Shown here one piece after another: positions 21,801 to 36,310 of a stretch of 64,000 nucleotides of DNA. Position numbers and translations under genes: made by a program. The first letter of the stretch is position 1, and each line of letters starts with the position of its first letter. The notes below the pieces were generated by a model. The model worked only from the letters and a program-made list of their open reading frames with translations. It did no database searches and was not told the origin of the DNA. Source of the DNA: Felis catus. Its lineage: Eukaryota. The stretch lies in NCBI RefSeq assembly GCF_018350175.1, contig NC_058368.1, forward strand, positions 4,588,001 through 4,652,000. Direction: 5' to 3'.

Positions 21801-23851
21801 TGCCTTCGCTTCACGCTAGTGGACACGCTCAGGCGGCCGCTGCAGATTACCCTGAGCCCGGAGTGGGCAGCAGGTCTGGGCTCGAGGCGCAGACCCCAGG
21901 TTAGCCTGTCACTTTGGAGGCGGAGCCCCACAAGAGGGGGCCGGAGAGGCACCCCTAAGTGACAGCTAGAGACGAGTGGTCTGGAAGAGGGAAGTGAAAA
22001 GGAAATAGCAAACAGGGTGGATGGGGCATGCGGTCCAGAGAGTCGAGTCTTTCCTTCCCGTTACACAGGTCAGCGCCTGGAGCTCCAAGAACACGGGGGC
22101 CGGTGGTATCGCCTCGTGACAAAGGTCCTCACTTGCTTTTTACCCATTAGCCTTTGGCAAGAACTATCTTCTCACCTTCAATTTGCTCACCGCGCAATTA
22201 AAACGCTCATCTTTTGATCACAAAAAATTGCGTGGAGTTACAAGTCTCATCTCTCGGTCCCCTTGAGACCATCCGACTGTCTGCCTGTCCAACTGAAAGC
22301 GTAACTGGGGCCTAACAGAGAAACAGGAACGGGTCCTCCAACGTGCTTACTGGTGATACGACTGTGATTACTATGCATTTTCAGGTTGAACTCCTAAAAT
22401 CCGCTTGATCCAAAGCATAGCTCTTGTTCCCCTAAGTTGGCAATTAGCGCCATGGCTCACTGAATCCCTGAGATGAGGGATCCGCACACAGGAACTGGGG
22501 GTTTACCGATACTGCGCGAGGCCCGAGAAACCACGTTCTACATGGGCCTGCTCTGCGGAATTACAATGCTGCCCAGGAAACAACACAAACATAATTAGAG
22601 GGTCCTGTTTGCTAGGAATTTTGTGAACGTTAGTTAAAAAAGAAAAAATCAGAACAACCTATAGCCAACCTTCAACAGCGGAGTGACCGTTCGTCTCTTG
22701 AGACGTCCGTGTGACTTCAAATTGCACCAAGCATAATGATTTCGGAAGAAGTTGAAGCTTTTCTTAACTTTCTTCTTTCTCTCTACACTTAAAAACATCC
22801 TTTTTCAGGCAGCTAATTAAAACTATTTAGGTACGTGGAATTGTTAGGTATTTCTTGTGGTCTGGGGGTTCTATAAAAGACTCACTTAAGACACGGGGAT
22901 CAGGGCCTGAGAAAGTTTGGGGACCCTCTGAACCACAGAGTTAAACCTATTTGCAGCTAAAGATCAATCTGGAAAGCGCTCCACCCCCACCAGGCCTTTC
23001 ATGACCTAATCACTGAGAGCAGCCAGTGTGAACCACCATCCGGATAGGAAGGCAAAACGGCTAAGAACTCGGGCTCTACTGATATTCCCCGTCCGGAATT
23101 CTAGCAGCACTGGGAGATTGTGAAATTATGCTATTCAACTTCAGTCCTCCTCAGGCACATTCTCTTTTATTCCACAGAACAGTCTGGAGTCGAAACCACC
23201 ACGCATCTAACCAACAGGAATACGGAGGATGTGTTATTCATCCTGATCGGCCACCGAACCTATCACAAGCCATCACTGGAATCGAGTTGCTTCCTCCCCA
23301 GAACCCCTCGCTATTCTGAGAGGCCGCGGGGTCCTCGATTCTAAACACACTCAGCAACTCTGAGCCTCACTTGACATTAACTGCCTTCCTCCGGCTTGCT
23401 GACAAAGAAATTCCAGTCTCAAGATTATTGGCAGACCGTAAGCACAAGGCTCGCCCCAACCCAGCTGAAAGCTTTCAACAGCTCCCCATCAGGCAGTGCC
23501 GCTCAAACTCTGCCTCTAAACTACCCCTGATAATGACAATCAATGAGAAAGTCTACACGCCAGGCGTTCTCAATGCTCATGACCACCTTGTACTATCCCA
23601 CCCATGGCGCAGATGCAAATCGGACTTTGGGCCGTTAGATCACACAGGAGCGAGCGACGGAGCCAGCATCGGTATCAAGTAATCTGGTCACACCGCGTGA
23701 GCCCTTAACCCACTGCAAGCGCCTCTCAGCTAGTTCGCACCTTGGGGGAGGCTGTGGAAGCAAGTTACTGAAAGCAGAAAACATAAAGCTTTGTGGCTTG
23801 TCTTTACAAGTCATGTAAATTTTGCATCCTTTTTAGGAGACATGTTTTTAC

Positions 23852-24064
23852 TTAAAATTTTTTAATGTTTATTTAATTTTGAGAGAGAGGGAGAGAAACA
23901 GCATGAGCGAAGGAGGGGCAGAAGAGAGGGAGACACAGAATCCGAAGTGGGCTCCAGGCTCCGAGCCGTCAGCACAGAGTCCGACGCGGGGCTCGAACTC
24001 ACAAACTATGACATCATGACCTGAGCCGAAGTCGGACGCTCTAACTGAGCCACCCAGGTGCCCC
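23852..24064 (-). mobile_element. CAN-SINE with degenerate TSD
   Basis: aggagacatgttttta (23835) / aggaggtatgttttta (24065). Confidence 0.93.
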
Positions 24065-24099
24065 AGGAGGTATGTTTTTATGTTAAAAAACCAATGCTT

Positions 24100-24735
24100 T
24101 CTAGCTTATACCCATTAAGGATGGCTTTTATCCAAAATACAGAACATAGCAAGTGTTGGCAAGGATGTGGAAAAATTCGAACCGCTGTGCACTTGCTGGT
24201 TGGGAATGTAAAAGGGAACAGCTGCTATGGAAAACAGGACGGAGGTTCCTCAAAAAGTTAAACACAGGATTCCCATAGGATCCAGGAACTCCACACCTAG
24301 GGATACACCCGAAAGAACTGAACGCAAAGTCTCGAAGAGACTGTTTGCACACCTGTGTTCGTGGCATCATTATTCACAGTAGCCAAAAGGTGAAGCAACC
24401 CAGAGACCATCGACGCATGAACAGATCCACAAAGTGTGGGCTCTACACAACGGAATTATCATCAGCCTTAAAAGGAGAGGTGGTTCTGCACTGTGCTGCA
24501 ACACGGATGAACCTTGAGGACATTATGCCCAGTGAAAAGGGCCAGTCAGAAAAGGTCAAATACTGTATGATTCCAATTACACTGAGGTACTCACAGCAGC
24601 CAAGTTCATCGAGACAGAAAACAGAATGGTGGTTACCAGGGATTTTGCGGGGGTGGAGGAGGAACGGGGAGTTTGTGTTTACAGGACAGAGAGTCTAAAT
24701 TTGGGACGATGGAAAGGTTCTGGGGAAAAAAAAAT
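24100..24735 (+). mobile_element. Old L1 (L1M-type) ORF2 3' end and 3' UTR
   Basis: aagtgttggcaaggatgtggaaaaa..ggaggttcctcaaaaagttaaacacaggattcccatagga..ggatgaaccttgaggacattatg..gagacagaaaacagaatggtggttaccagg. Confidence 0.88.
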
Positions 24736-25811
24736 GCTCTGGCTTTAAAAAAAAAAAAAAAGGCAAGGAGCAAGAAGCCAATTTCAAATTTACCGCTGAG
24801 CGCATTAAAATTTTCCACAATATATTTGATTTAGGAAAATTCATAATTATCCTATACAGTTTCCAATCTCCCTGAGCACAAAGCTTCCTCAGACGTCTAG
24901 TGGGGATAACAGTCCCAGATACCTCGCAGGGTTGGGGCAAGGATTAAATAATAGTATTCACGCAGCAGGGTCTCGCACACAACAGGTGCTCGGGGGGCAG
25001 CTCCTGGTTAAAATTCCATGCAAGGCCCTCGGTGACCCAGCTCCCGCCACCGTCAGCTGTGAGAGTCAGTTCAGGAAGTGACACTTCCCCAATGGCTTCC
25101 TGAAAGCGACAGGTCCCGCGGCGGACTGCATCTAACACACACCATGACATAAAGTTAGGTTTGCGTGTGACTCACGCACCCCACCGGACACTCAAGCCCC
25201 CTGAAGACGGGGCCTGTCTTAGTCACCCCCAGCCACAGCGTGTACAGGGTTTGGGACCTAATAACCGCTCGATAAATATTTGATGAGACATTCAGGGTCT
25301 CCTTGTAAACATTCGGTCTGGACGCCTACAAGGTAAACTTATCCACCTATGAGAGAGACTACCAAATTCTTCCCGTGATTTACCTGTACGTTATAATATC
25401 AAAAAAGAGGCTTTCCAGCTTCTTGTCCACACATCTACCAAGAAAAAGAGAAGTCAGTCTGAAAATTGATGGGCCCGTTAAATTGAAGCCAGAGAAGTTA
25501 ATCCCAGTTCTTGCCTTCAGGAATCAGCCATGAAATGAAGTTTCTATGTTACTGGAGTCCTACCCTCCCAATACACACGTGTGACTGTCTATCTTCATGT
25601 AACATCCAGAGACTCGAATACCACGTCTAATCCTCAGAAGCGATGTTTACGGAAACATGTGAAGGGCCACAGGAGTCTGATCCCGTGTCTTGATCCGACA
25701 TCTGACTAGGCAGTTACTGAAACAGCCTTTATGAAATGAAGGCTTCTTTGTGCGAACTTCAGAGGAAAGATGGAAAAAGGTGAAATGCTGTAGTATCGGC
25801 AGTTTTTCCTC

Positions 25812-26026
25812 TTAAATTTTTTTTTAATGTTTATCTATTTTTGAGAGAGAGAGATAGAGCGTGAGTGGGGGTGGGTCAAAGAGAGAGGGAGACACAGAAT
25901 CCGAAGCAGGCTCCAGGCTCCGAGCTGTCAGCACAGAGCCCCACGCGGGACTTGAACCCACGAACTGTGAGATCATGACCTGAGCCGAAGTCGGACGCTT
26001 AACCCACTGAGCCGCCCAGGTGCCCC
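25812..26026 (-). mobile_element. CAN-SINE
   Basis: Full SINE body in reverse orientation. Confidence 0.92.
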
Positions 26027-27184
26027 TCTTCCTTTTCTCTTAAGTGATTACCCAGGCACCGATTTGTGTCCTCCATGGAATGGTCCTTGGGGGGGGGGGA
26101 AGGGCATGGTGTGTGGAAAAGTGGCAACTCCAAATATCTGTTCCTCTGAAACCCTGACATAACAAAATCACAGCATGATTCTAAGAGCTATTTATTACTT
26201 CGTAAGTTAGGGTTTGCTATTCCCTTATCAACCCCCACCACACTGGACAAACACGTGGAATGCTTCAGCTTGAGACCATTCTTTAGTTCGCAAAATAAAT
26301 GGCCTCACAACGTTATTCTGGCCTCTCGTGAGTGCTGTGCTACCTTTGCTGATATTTTTTTTAATCCCCCAAAGTAGGAAATGTAAAAAGAGAAGAACAA
26401 AAGAAAAAAGAAACCCTGCCTAATGAGAGACCTGTCACCGTCTTCTGCCTACGTCTTCTGAAGAAGAATATTGGACCTATTATCTATTATTTTCCAAGAT
26501 GCTTCCTCCTACTCCCTTCAAGTATTAAACCTTGATTTCTAATTTCTCCCCCAATTGCACACACACAAAAAGTCACAGGCGTTCCAACACTGTTCCTGAA
26601 AGAACAGGTAAAGATAAAAATTAGGAACTTTGGCCTTTGACCAAGGCCAGTACTGGGTCCCAGGGACTGCACTGGCAGGATGCCCCGCCCAGCTCTGGTG
26701 CAGATGAGAAAGCGCTCAAGCAGACATTTGTCCCCAGGCTCGTCTCAAGAATGTGCTGTTCTCTGTGGGACCAAGTGCCCTTTATGGTCATGGGCAAAAT
26801 ATTTACAGCCGCCTAGTTAGTGCGGCCGTACAGCTTTAGAGTCAAAAGAGGGCTTGGGGGCCCGGTCACAAGGGAGATCAAACTCTTCTGGACAATGAGA
26901 TTATTAATGTCCTTCTGAAATGAATCCTAGGAGAGTTCAAAAACAAACTCAACCACCACAGAACAAAATGATCCTTACGTGTTATCTTCTAAAAGCAAGA
27001 GTAAACGGCAACGTATGGGAGACGGGAGTCACGTATTACAAGGCCATTTATTTTAACTGTATAAAAATAAACATTGCTACAGGATGGGTAAACCTCGGAA
27101 GCTACGTAAAACCTCAAAGGGCTCAGGAGAAGACGACGGGCACGAAGCCCACGTACTCTTTGGTTCTGGGGACACGCTGAGATG

Positions 27185-27375
27185 CCCAGAGAGCAAACCC
27201 ATAGGGACGAAGAGCAGATTAGCGGCTGCCAGGGGCCAGGGGAAGAAGCAAGTACTGCCCCGAAATGGCCCTGAGGTTTCTTTTTGGGATGCTAGAAGCG
27301 TTTCAAAATTAGATTGTTGTGATGGCTGCATGGCTCTTTGAGTTTACTAAAAATTACTGAAGCTTCCAAATTAAA
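27185..27375 (+). mobile_element. Old L1 3' UTR fragment
   Basis: gcaaacccatagggacgaagagcagattagcggctgccagggg..tttctttttgggatg..aaaattagattgttgtgatggctgca. Confidence 0.7.
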
Positions 27376-27399
27376 ATGAGCCAATTAAAAATGGCAATT

Positions 27400-27590
27400 G
27401 GGGGGACTCTTGATTTCGGCTCAGGTCGCGATCTCACGGTCCGTGGGTTCGAGCCCCGCGTCGGGCTCTGTGCCGACAGCTCGGAGCCTGGAACCTGCTT
27501 TGGAGCCTGTGTCTCCCTCTCTCTCTGCCCCTCCCCCGCTCACACTCGGTCCCTCTCTGCCTCTCAAAAACATTAAAAAAATTTTTTTAA
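27400..27590 (+). mobile_element. CAN-SINE (5' partly deleted)
   Basis: ctcttgatttcggctcaggtcgcgatctcacggtccgtgggttcgagcccc. Confidence 0.9.
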
Positions 27591-27877
27591 TAGTAATCAA
27601 GCTGTTAAACGTAAAAAGTAAAAAGCATTAACCATAATTGCTTTGTGATTGATTAGTCTAATAAACATTTGAGGAGGATTTAGACAACAGGTCACATAAC
27701 TCACGGTAAAGTGTGTATTTACTCTAAGTATTCAGGTCATGAATTTCCGTCGAAAGAGCCCCAATTTATTTCCCAAATCCCCACCTCAGAAAAGTCTGTA
27801 ATACGCCTCATGATTTTTCCATCCTTATCAACAACGAGCTCCCAAAAGTCTTCCTTCTTGATGGTTTTTCTGTCACT

Positions 27878-28111
27878 TTTTAAAAAAATTTTTTTTTAAT
27901 GTTTATTATTTAATTTTGAGAGAGACAGACAGACAGCCACAGAGCGTGAGTGGGGAAGAGTTAGAGAGAGAAGGAGACACGGAATCCGAAGCAGGCTCCA
28001 GGCTCCGAGCCGTCAGCACAGAGCCCGATGGAGGGCTCGAACCCACGAACCGTGACATCGTGACCTGAGCTGAAGTCAGACGCTTAACCGACCGAGCCCC
28101 CCAGGCGCCCC
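27878..28111 (-). mobile_element. CAN-SINE
   Basis: SINE body; flanking tctgtcact direct repeat. Confidence 0.92.
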
Positions 28112-29104
28112 TCTGTCACTCTTTTTAAGGGACTTTAAAACAGACATCTTGATTTCTTAGTACCTGCCTATTTGGACTCGAGTTTTTCTCGAGGGCACGA
28201 CCCTAAATTACAGAGGAGAGAAAACCTCGTTCCTGTGACTCGTAACCCTCAGAGCCACGCAGAGAAGCCTTGCACAACAGGGCAATCAGGAGCTCCCTGA
28301 AGGAATTATCTTTGGGACGTACCGTGGGTGTGATCCAGAAGGTAGAGGGGTTCCCCATCTAGAAGCCACGCTGTCGGGGCTGGTGAGTTCTCTGTGCCCA
28401 GCCCCCCGGGTCAGATTCAGGATATGAAGACACGGTTTACCTCGGTGGGAGGAACTGGCCGGTGTGAGCTACCGACAGAGCACCGGGGCCAGGACAGGTG
28501 CTGTGCGGCGAGGGCTGCCCCCGAAAAGGGATCTCTGCTGTCCCTAGAGTTTCAAGTCGACGTCGCTGTCCAGCCGGCTAAGCAGATGATGTTCCTGCAC
28601 GCTTTGCCTGCCGTCCGTCCTTCCTTAATGGCTCCCCAGGCAAGACTGGCCATACCTTCCAAAACGAGTCACATAAACGGAGCAGCAGGTGCCCTGGGTG
28701 CCACCACCAGCTTCTACGGAAAATTCCTCCTTTCTCGCAGCCTGACTGCAGCCCCCCGGTGGCGCCTTCACCTCCGGCTACACTTTTGGCTGCTCGTTTT
28801 GCTTTACACTTTTGAATTAACGACTTAATTAAAACAAGACTTGAAGCTCCTATCTCTGTCCAGTCCTTCTCACTTGGAAGACTCTTCCTCACCTCACGGC
28901 CACCCTTTCTCTTTCTTCCTCGCGCGTGTCTTCCCCTCAGGGAACTGTTTATGTCTGACCTTAAAACGTCACCCACATTAATCTTCCTGTTCCTGGTAGT
29001 CAGCTTTCTTCACAGATGGAATTTTTGACTGTTAGGAATGATAAAGACTTTTGTTCGGTGTCTCATTTTACAAAAGAGGACCTGAGAGATCAAAACTAAA
29101 TAGC

Positions 29105-29750
29105 TAAGATATTTATAGGAGCTTAATTCACGGGTGCCCAACCTTGGAAGCAGTCAAGGTGTCCTTCCAGAGGTGAACGGATGAAAACACGTGCTGCAAC
29201 CAGACAATGGAACATCACTACAGACAATGGTTTTTATGTCTATGAAAAGGAGTGCGTGAACTATTTAGCCATGAAAAATCTCAAAAGCATAATGCTAAGC
29301 GAAAGAAGCCAACCTGGAAAGGCTATGTTCTATACGATCACAACCATATGACATTCTGGAAAAGGCAAAACTACGGAAGCAGTAAAAATACCAGTGGGTA
29401 CCAGGGGCTAAGGGGAAAGGACGTAGGAATAGAAGGAGCACAGGCAATGTTTAGAACAGTGAGACTATTATGCGTAACACTATAATGGTGGCTACACGTC
29501 ATTACACATTAGTCAAAACCCACAGCCTGCACAACACCAAGGTGAACCGTCACATAAACTATGGACTTGAGTTAATACTAAGATTTTAATACCATTGGCT
29601 CATTGTTTCAAATGTGCCACACTGATGTAAGACGTTCATAACAGGAAGCTGTGTGCAGGGGATACGAGTATTTGGAAACGCTGTACTTCCCAATTAATTC
29701 TTCTGTGAACTTAAAACATAAAGATCTAAAAAATAAAATGTATTCATTCA
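29105..29750 (+). mobile_element. Old L1 (L1MC-like) 3' end
   Basis: ttggaagcagtcaaggtgtccttc..gctaagcgaaagaagccaacctggaaaggct..atgacattctggaaaaggcaaaactacgg..gtcaaaacccacag..aaactatggactt..aaaaaataaaatgtatt. Confidence 0.85.
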
Positions 29751-30704
29751 AAACATAAATAAAGAGCTGCTGACTGAGTGGGACAGTCAGGCCAGTGACA
29801 CAGGGCTTCTACTACTTGAGAGCTTTGTACACAGCACAGAGGGTCCTTGTTCACCTAGAGAGGTGCCCAGAAACCACCCTTATGTTAATAATTCTGCTAA
29901 CCTACGGTAAAGGGAGAACCACTACTATTAACAGCATCAAAATTCAAAAATACATCCCTCCAATCAAAACCCAAACTCTGTATGTGCATAACCTTGACCG
30001 GTTGGTTTTCAAAACCACATGAAACAACAACAGCTTGGGGATGGCCTGCGATACTCCTGGGGGTCTGGGGACAGGGAACGGGGAGGGGAGACATGCCTTG
30101 CCAATGTCAGGAGCCTCAATTCCAAAGCAAGATTAAAGTTTGATTATTACATGGAGTTGAGTGTTTTCACTGAAGAAATAAGTACTCTGTTTGTTTGGCT
30201 TTTTTTCCCTACTTGAAGTGAGATTTTTATGACTCAAAAGGAACTAGATGAGTCACGGGAACTGCCTGAGTCTTCATGGAGGGCATGGCAAGAACTAATC
30301 ACAGAGCCAATTTAAAGGGACTACAGGAAGCAAAAAAATAAAGTTACCTCATGGCCACGTCTCATGTGTTATGCTTATTCGACTCGATGGCTAGATGAAA
30401 ACATATTGTTTGGGAATATATTTATACGTGGAGAATCAACTTAAAAAGTTAACAAGTGGTAATCCCCAAATTCAGAATAATGGTTACCCCCTTGGTAGGG
30501 GTTGGAAGCGTTTGAGGACAAGGAGGGAATATTTACAGATGGTGGTGGTATTTTATATTTCAGGTTGGGCAATTCATGTGTGTTATTTGTCAATCTTTGA
30601 ATTTACACATGTTACAAATATCCTTTGTATAAGTTAAATATTTAATAAAAGTTTTTTAAGAGATACACAAGGGTTAAAAGGATGGGTCCGAAAATACTAA
30701 TACA

Positions 30705-30897
30705 GGGGCACCTGGGTGGCTCAGTCAACTGAGCGTCCGACTTTGGCTCAGGTCATGATCTCACGGTTCGTGAGTTCAAGCCCCACGTCAGGCTCTGTGC
30801 TGACAACTCAGAGCCTGGAGCCTGCTTCGGATTCTGTGTCTCCCTCCCTCTCTCTCAGAAAATAAACAACATTAAAAAAAAAAAAAAAAAAAAAAAG
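30705..30897 (+). mobile_element. CAN-SINE with TSD
   Basis: gaaaatactaataca / gaaaatactgataca flanks; long A tail. Confidence 0.93.
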
Positions 30898-30954
30898 AAA
30901 ATACTGATACAAAGAACAGATGATATAATAGAGCTAAGTAGGTGTGCCAATCGC

Positions 30955-31090
30955 TTGGCATCAGACAGGCCTATGTTCAAATTCCCAACATACCACTCAG
31001 CAGCCATATGACCCTGAACAAGTTACATAAGTATTCTGAGCTTCAGTTCCTGGATCCACAAAAAGAAGGAATAATAGTGTCCTTCAAGTT
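30955..31090. mobile_element. MIR-like fragment
   Basis: tcagacaggcctatgttcaaattccc..gaccctgaacaagttacataagtattctgagcttcagttcc. Confidence 0.65.
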
Positions 31091-31610
31091 GTAGCTGGGT
31101 TAAATAGGGTACTGCCTGTTGAAGAGGAGTCTGACAAAGTGGATAAAAAGAGCTCCTATTTGTTGGTCATTGACCACATGCCAAGAGCCCTGGAAAGTAC
31201 CTTACAGGCACGATCACAGCGAATCATCTCAAGGTCATATAGTAATAAGCAACAAGATAGGATTTGAACCTGTAGGGAGTCTGATTCCAGAGCTAGGCTG
31301 CTAACCACCATGTGACTCTCTCTGATGAAAGTCATGTATCATTATTAATGGTGCTGTTTATGTCATGCAACTATGGGAAATTCCAATACCCCTGGTCTAC
31401 ACAAATGGTAGATGTTTTGATCTGAGCAGTCTTTCCATCCCTCCCCTAAACCCATACACCGGCCTGTTAATTTGGGGTAATCTATCCAGTTCTAAGCACC
31501 ACATCTTAAGCAAACAAACTGCAGATCGGTTTGGACGGTGGTCTGCCACCCACATCATTCCAGAACAGTAGAAGAATTCTGGGATCCTAAGCTTTAAAAA
31601 GACAACTATT

Positions 31611-31856
31611 GGGGCGCCTGGGTGGCGCAGTCGGTTAAGCGTCTGACTTCAGCCAGGTCACGATCTCGCGGTCCGGGAGTTCGAGCCCCGCGTCAGGCTC
31701 TGGGCTGATGGCTCAGAGCCTGGAGCCTGCTTCCGATTCTGTGTCTCCCTCTCTCTCTCTGCCCCTTCCCCGTTCATGCTCTGTCTCTCTCTGTCCCAAA
31801 AATAAATAAACGTTGAAAAAATAAAAAAAAAAAATTAAAAAAAAAATAATAAAAAT
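31611..31856 (+). mobile_element. Young CAN-SINE with perfect TSD
   Basis: TSD aaaaagacaactatt at 31596-31610 and 31857-31871. Confidence 0.95.
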
Positions 31857-32959
31857 AAAAAGACAACTATTAGGGAAGATATCACAGTGATTCTCTTATG
31901 CAAGGAGTAGAGATTCGAATGTACACTCTTGGGTAGAATCAGTGCACAGAATGAGGTTGCGTTCATTGTGGGACAGAGAATTCACGAACAGTCAAGGAAA
32001 CAGAACCTGCCATCTCGTAAGGTTCATGCTTCCCACAAAGGAGGGCTCAGTAGCTGAAGCCACAGACCACAAATGCTGTGCGTACTGGATTCATAAACTC
32101 TAAGGTTTCCTCCACCTTTATGCTTTTCTGATCCTGAAATATATAGTATCTATCCTAAAAATGCAATCCTTACATAAACAGTGGAAAAACCCTGAAGGAA
32201 GGGGCACCAGCCATCTTGGATGCCCACTGGTTATCCCTTGGGAACTTGCCTTTGCTGGGACTCTTCTAACTTTGCTGAGCCAGCTTCCATGTCCTAAAGA
32301 TCACACGTGGGACAGGCGCACACAATACCTGGGCTTTTAAAACAAGGACAAAGAGGAGAGATTATAACACAACAGTCACCTGTTTACCTGCACAAGCCTA
32401 CGTCCAGTTGTCCAGTTTTAAATTCCAAACAACGGTTACTTAGGAAACTGATGAAGGCTGCCGCAAGAATGACACAGTGGTACCCCTACAGTAATCCCAA
32501 GCCCAACTTAATAACTCAGTCGGAGCCCCCTGTGGGTTTTGTTGCCTGAGTCTAAAGGATTTAGTGGCAAAGCTTGTCGGAGACCTCTAGGCTTTTTTTT
32601 TCTTGTTTCTGGAACCTACGGCAAAGCAATTTGTATCTGACATAGGCTGGGGGCTTTCTTACAAAGTGACTTTCTGTGAGTCTATCTGGGGGTGGGGAAG
32701 GGAAGCTGTGAGGACCTGACATTTTAATAAGTCAGTTTAGAAACAAAATGAGGTAACAAGAGAGGAAAAATGGGAAGGTAAGTTGTTGGAAGAGCTCTGC
32801 TTTAAAGAAACCAAACGTGTTACGATAGGACTTGAGCTCAGGACAAAAATCTGCCTCCAGAAGGCCCCATGCTCATTGAGAGACACAGGGAACGCGATGG
32901 AATTTGGGCGATATTAATGGTCCTCTCCAATGCTTATACACATTTTTAAAAATTGTCTA

Positions 32960-33200
32960 GGGGCGCCTGGGTGGCTCAGTTGGTTGAGCGCCCACCTCTT
33001 GATTTTGGCTCAGGTCATGATCTCACACTAGTGAGATCAAGCCCTACGTCAGGCTCCATGCTGGGTGTAGAGCCTGCTTGGGATTCTCTTTCTCTCTCCC
33101 TCTCTGGACGCACATGCATACGCTCTGTCTCTAAAAAACAACAACAACAGAAAAAACAAAAAGTAAACAAAAACCAAAAAGACACACACAAAAAAACAAT
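32960..33200 (+). mobile_element. Older CAN-SINE with a long degenerate A/C-rich tail
   Basis: ggggcgcctgggtggctcagttgg..cttgattttggctcaggtc..aaaaaacaacaacaacag. Confidence 0.9.
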
Positions 33201-35799
33201 TACCCAGAAATGAAAATAAAGTGAAGGACGCCCACCTTTCAGTACCCACCCAGAGCAGGTCTAACGAGCCCACCCAAGGTTACTCCATTCTCTAGGAGAA
33301 TACACCTTATTCTGATTTGCTGTTTGCTACTGACTAGGTAAGTTACAGGTTAAACGTGTAGATTCGTTTTGTCCAGGAGCGATAAAAATAATTTCTGCCC
33401 TGCAGAGAACATACTGCAAAGGTTACTGCCCTGTAGGACTTGCACGAACGAGTTTTGCCTCTAGCTTAGCAAACATTTCAACAGGGCTTTCCTGGCAGAG
33501 TTGATAAATCTCTGCTCCTCTTGAAAACTGCTTGATACATTTAATCTATATTTAACCGCCAATGTGCCATTTACTCTTTCCCTCTTTATAACTTCTATTT
33601 TGTCTATGTCACAATTTTTGTCACAACTATTGGACGTTTAACTACTTTATCATACGCACGTTAGTTAACGTAGCCGTCAGTTATGGGGGGTTCGGAGAAT
33701 AGAATGGAAGACTTGTTTCCCTCTAAACACGAGTTGTTCCTAAAGACCGGAAAATTAACTAAAACTTAAAAAAAAAAAAAGTGTGATCACAAAATAAAGA
33801 TTTCCAAATAATTTAGTCCTACTGTCCAACATATTTGATCGCTACTCACCCATACCTGGCAGCTGGTTGCTCATTTCAAACTCCTTCGCAAATCAGTTCT
33901 CTTCTTCTAGTCAATCCAACATGCTAGTCTAAGTTAGAAATCATGCCTGTTGTTGTCTCTTGAAATATACTCCCCTCTACTAATCTGCCGGTTTCTTCAG
34001 GAAGCAAACAATATTTAATGAACATTAAGTACCAGACATTGTAATAGGCAGTTCACGTGTATAACAAAGAAGAAACCAGAATTGTTTCTAAAATGAACTG
34101 CAATCTTGACTTTCTAAACACATCCTAACCCACCTAAGTGCTTATAATCTTTTTTACCTCTATTCTTGTCCTATAAGTTGTTAGTATAGATGTTATATTA
34201 CATGGTCCTACTTAGTTTCTATGGCGCTTAAACAGGTTTTCTTTGCTCTACTCCTTCTCCAGATGCTATATCAAATGCCCAGACATGTAAAAAGATCTAG
34301 AATGGTCTAATTACTCTGGTCTCTGCCCTCCAATGTAATTCCAATTACCTTCATTTCACATACAGGGACACGGAGTCCTAGAGATTTATAGGGAGGTCCA
34401 AAGCCTCACAGTAGAAGGCCTAAGGTGAACCCTGACAGAGTAACAGAATCTGACCTCTTCTCTATCACACTCCACTGCCTCTCAAAACTGAGCTAGTTCT
34501 AGAAATTTCCCACATGAATTTAACCATGCATGATCCCTTGGGGGAAGCAGAGTGATGCTTAGAAAGAGTAAGTCGCTTGACCAAAGTCATAAAGCAAGTT
34601 TAAGCACTGGGACAAAAACTCAGGTCCTTCCGGCTGTAAACTGTCATCTTCAACTCTTTATTCATACATATTTAAACACCCTGCCCCCAAATCTCTTTCC
34701 ACAGCATCCTTGTCTCTTTTTCCTTTTATGTTGCCTTGTACTTGATTTCTGGTATCACATCTTGATGCTGTTTGCTCAAGTACCCTGCAGGATCTTAAAG
34801 AGAACGGATAACATCTTTTATGTTTATGTCCCTAGTGCGGGGACCAATCGACACTTATTAAACGTACGGATATCACGAAAAGGACGGTAAAAAATCTGTT
34901 CTATGTAAGTTGGACGTTTTTTTTAGTGCGCTGGAGGAAGGTGCAGCTATTTTCATTTGATGTTATGTAATTTAAGACTTCATTCTGTGTTATGACAAAG
35001 TTAGTTATCGATTATGTAAATATTATGAAACAGAATATAAATTCATGTAAAGGTTAAAGATCGTAGTGTAACGCTCCAAAGTCAAGTTCGCTTGCAACAG
35101 CCCTCTTTAGGTGAAGCCTTCGAACCCTTTGGGGGATGCCTTCATTCTCGCTGTCGTCACAAGGACCTCACTGAAGACACCAGAGGAGCACTGATGGTGA
35201 CACGCCTCACCACATTTGAAGACCATAGGAAACTCTTAGGAAATTCACCCCAGACCTCCTGACATGTCCCGAAAACTCTGCATGAAGTGCTGCCACTTGT
35301 GCTGAACTTCATGACACCAAACCCTTTACTCAAACACAAACAAAGGCACGAAAATTAAGTTTCAGTTTTCCCTATACGGCGGCCATCGAAATCATATGGA
35401 ACGGGCTTAGTTTTCAGTTATTTTCACAAATGAACACCTCAAATTTACAAATTATCATAGTACCCGAGAATATATCCTCAGTCCTGTGGGGAGCACTTTT
35501 CATTAATCCAAAACCTCACTTCAGTTAACACACTCAGCCTTTCCCCCCCTTACACCTTTCTAGCCAACTCGTTAACAGGTGTCGATATGAACCTACATTA
35601 ACCAGCGGAACTTCTTCCCACGTTCTCCTCACCCGCCTGTCCCCAGGGAAGTGAAACTGGGTTTTAGGAGAGTGAAACCAACAAATCAATTACTTGGGAG
35701 ACAGAGAAAGAGAAACCAAAATTCTAGAAAATCCACCTGATAGCTCATCAGGGCCTGAATGATTAAGAGTTGGCAGTATCACAGTAATACTGTTGTTCC

Positions 35800-36310
35800 A
35801 GACCACAAGTGTGCACAAGGGTGTGAAGAAATCAGAACCCCCTTCCGTGGCTGGTGGGGATGTAAATGGTGCAGCTACTTCAGACAACAGTTTGGGAGCT
35901 GCGCAAAATATTAAATTTAGGGTTATCCGATGCCCCAGCGATTTCACGCCTAGGTGTATTCCCAAGAGACTAGACAACCTAAGTCCACACAAAACCTTGT
36001 ACGTGAATGTTTATAACAACATTAGACCTAACAGTTAACATGTGGAAGCAAACTAAATATCCATCAACTGATGCAGGAAGCAACCAAATAGAACGCATCC
36101 AGAGATGTGAATACTATGTGGCCATATAAAGTACCGACACAGGCCACACGGGGATGAGCCTTGAAAATACCGTCCTAAGTGAAAGAAGCCAGTCACAACA
36201 GGCCACGTATTGTAGGATGCCACATATATGAAATGTCAAGAACAGGCAAATCCACGTCTAGCAGACTGGGGGCTGGGAGAGGCTAGAAGCGGGAGAAAGG
36301 GGGAAATGGT
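35800..36310 (+). mobile_element. Old L1 (L1MB-like) 3' end
   Basis: ggctggtggggatgtaaatggtgcagctactt..cctaggtgtattcccaagaga..ggatgagccttgaaaatacc..aagtgaaagaagccagtcaca..aggcaaatcca. Confidence 0.85.

Noticed and set aside
31611..31695. tRNA-like A/B boxes (tggcgcagtcgg ... gttcgagccc)
   Set aside because: This is the tRNA-derived head of a CAN-SINE, followed by the SINE body, (CT)n and an A tail, not a tRNA gene.
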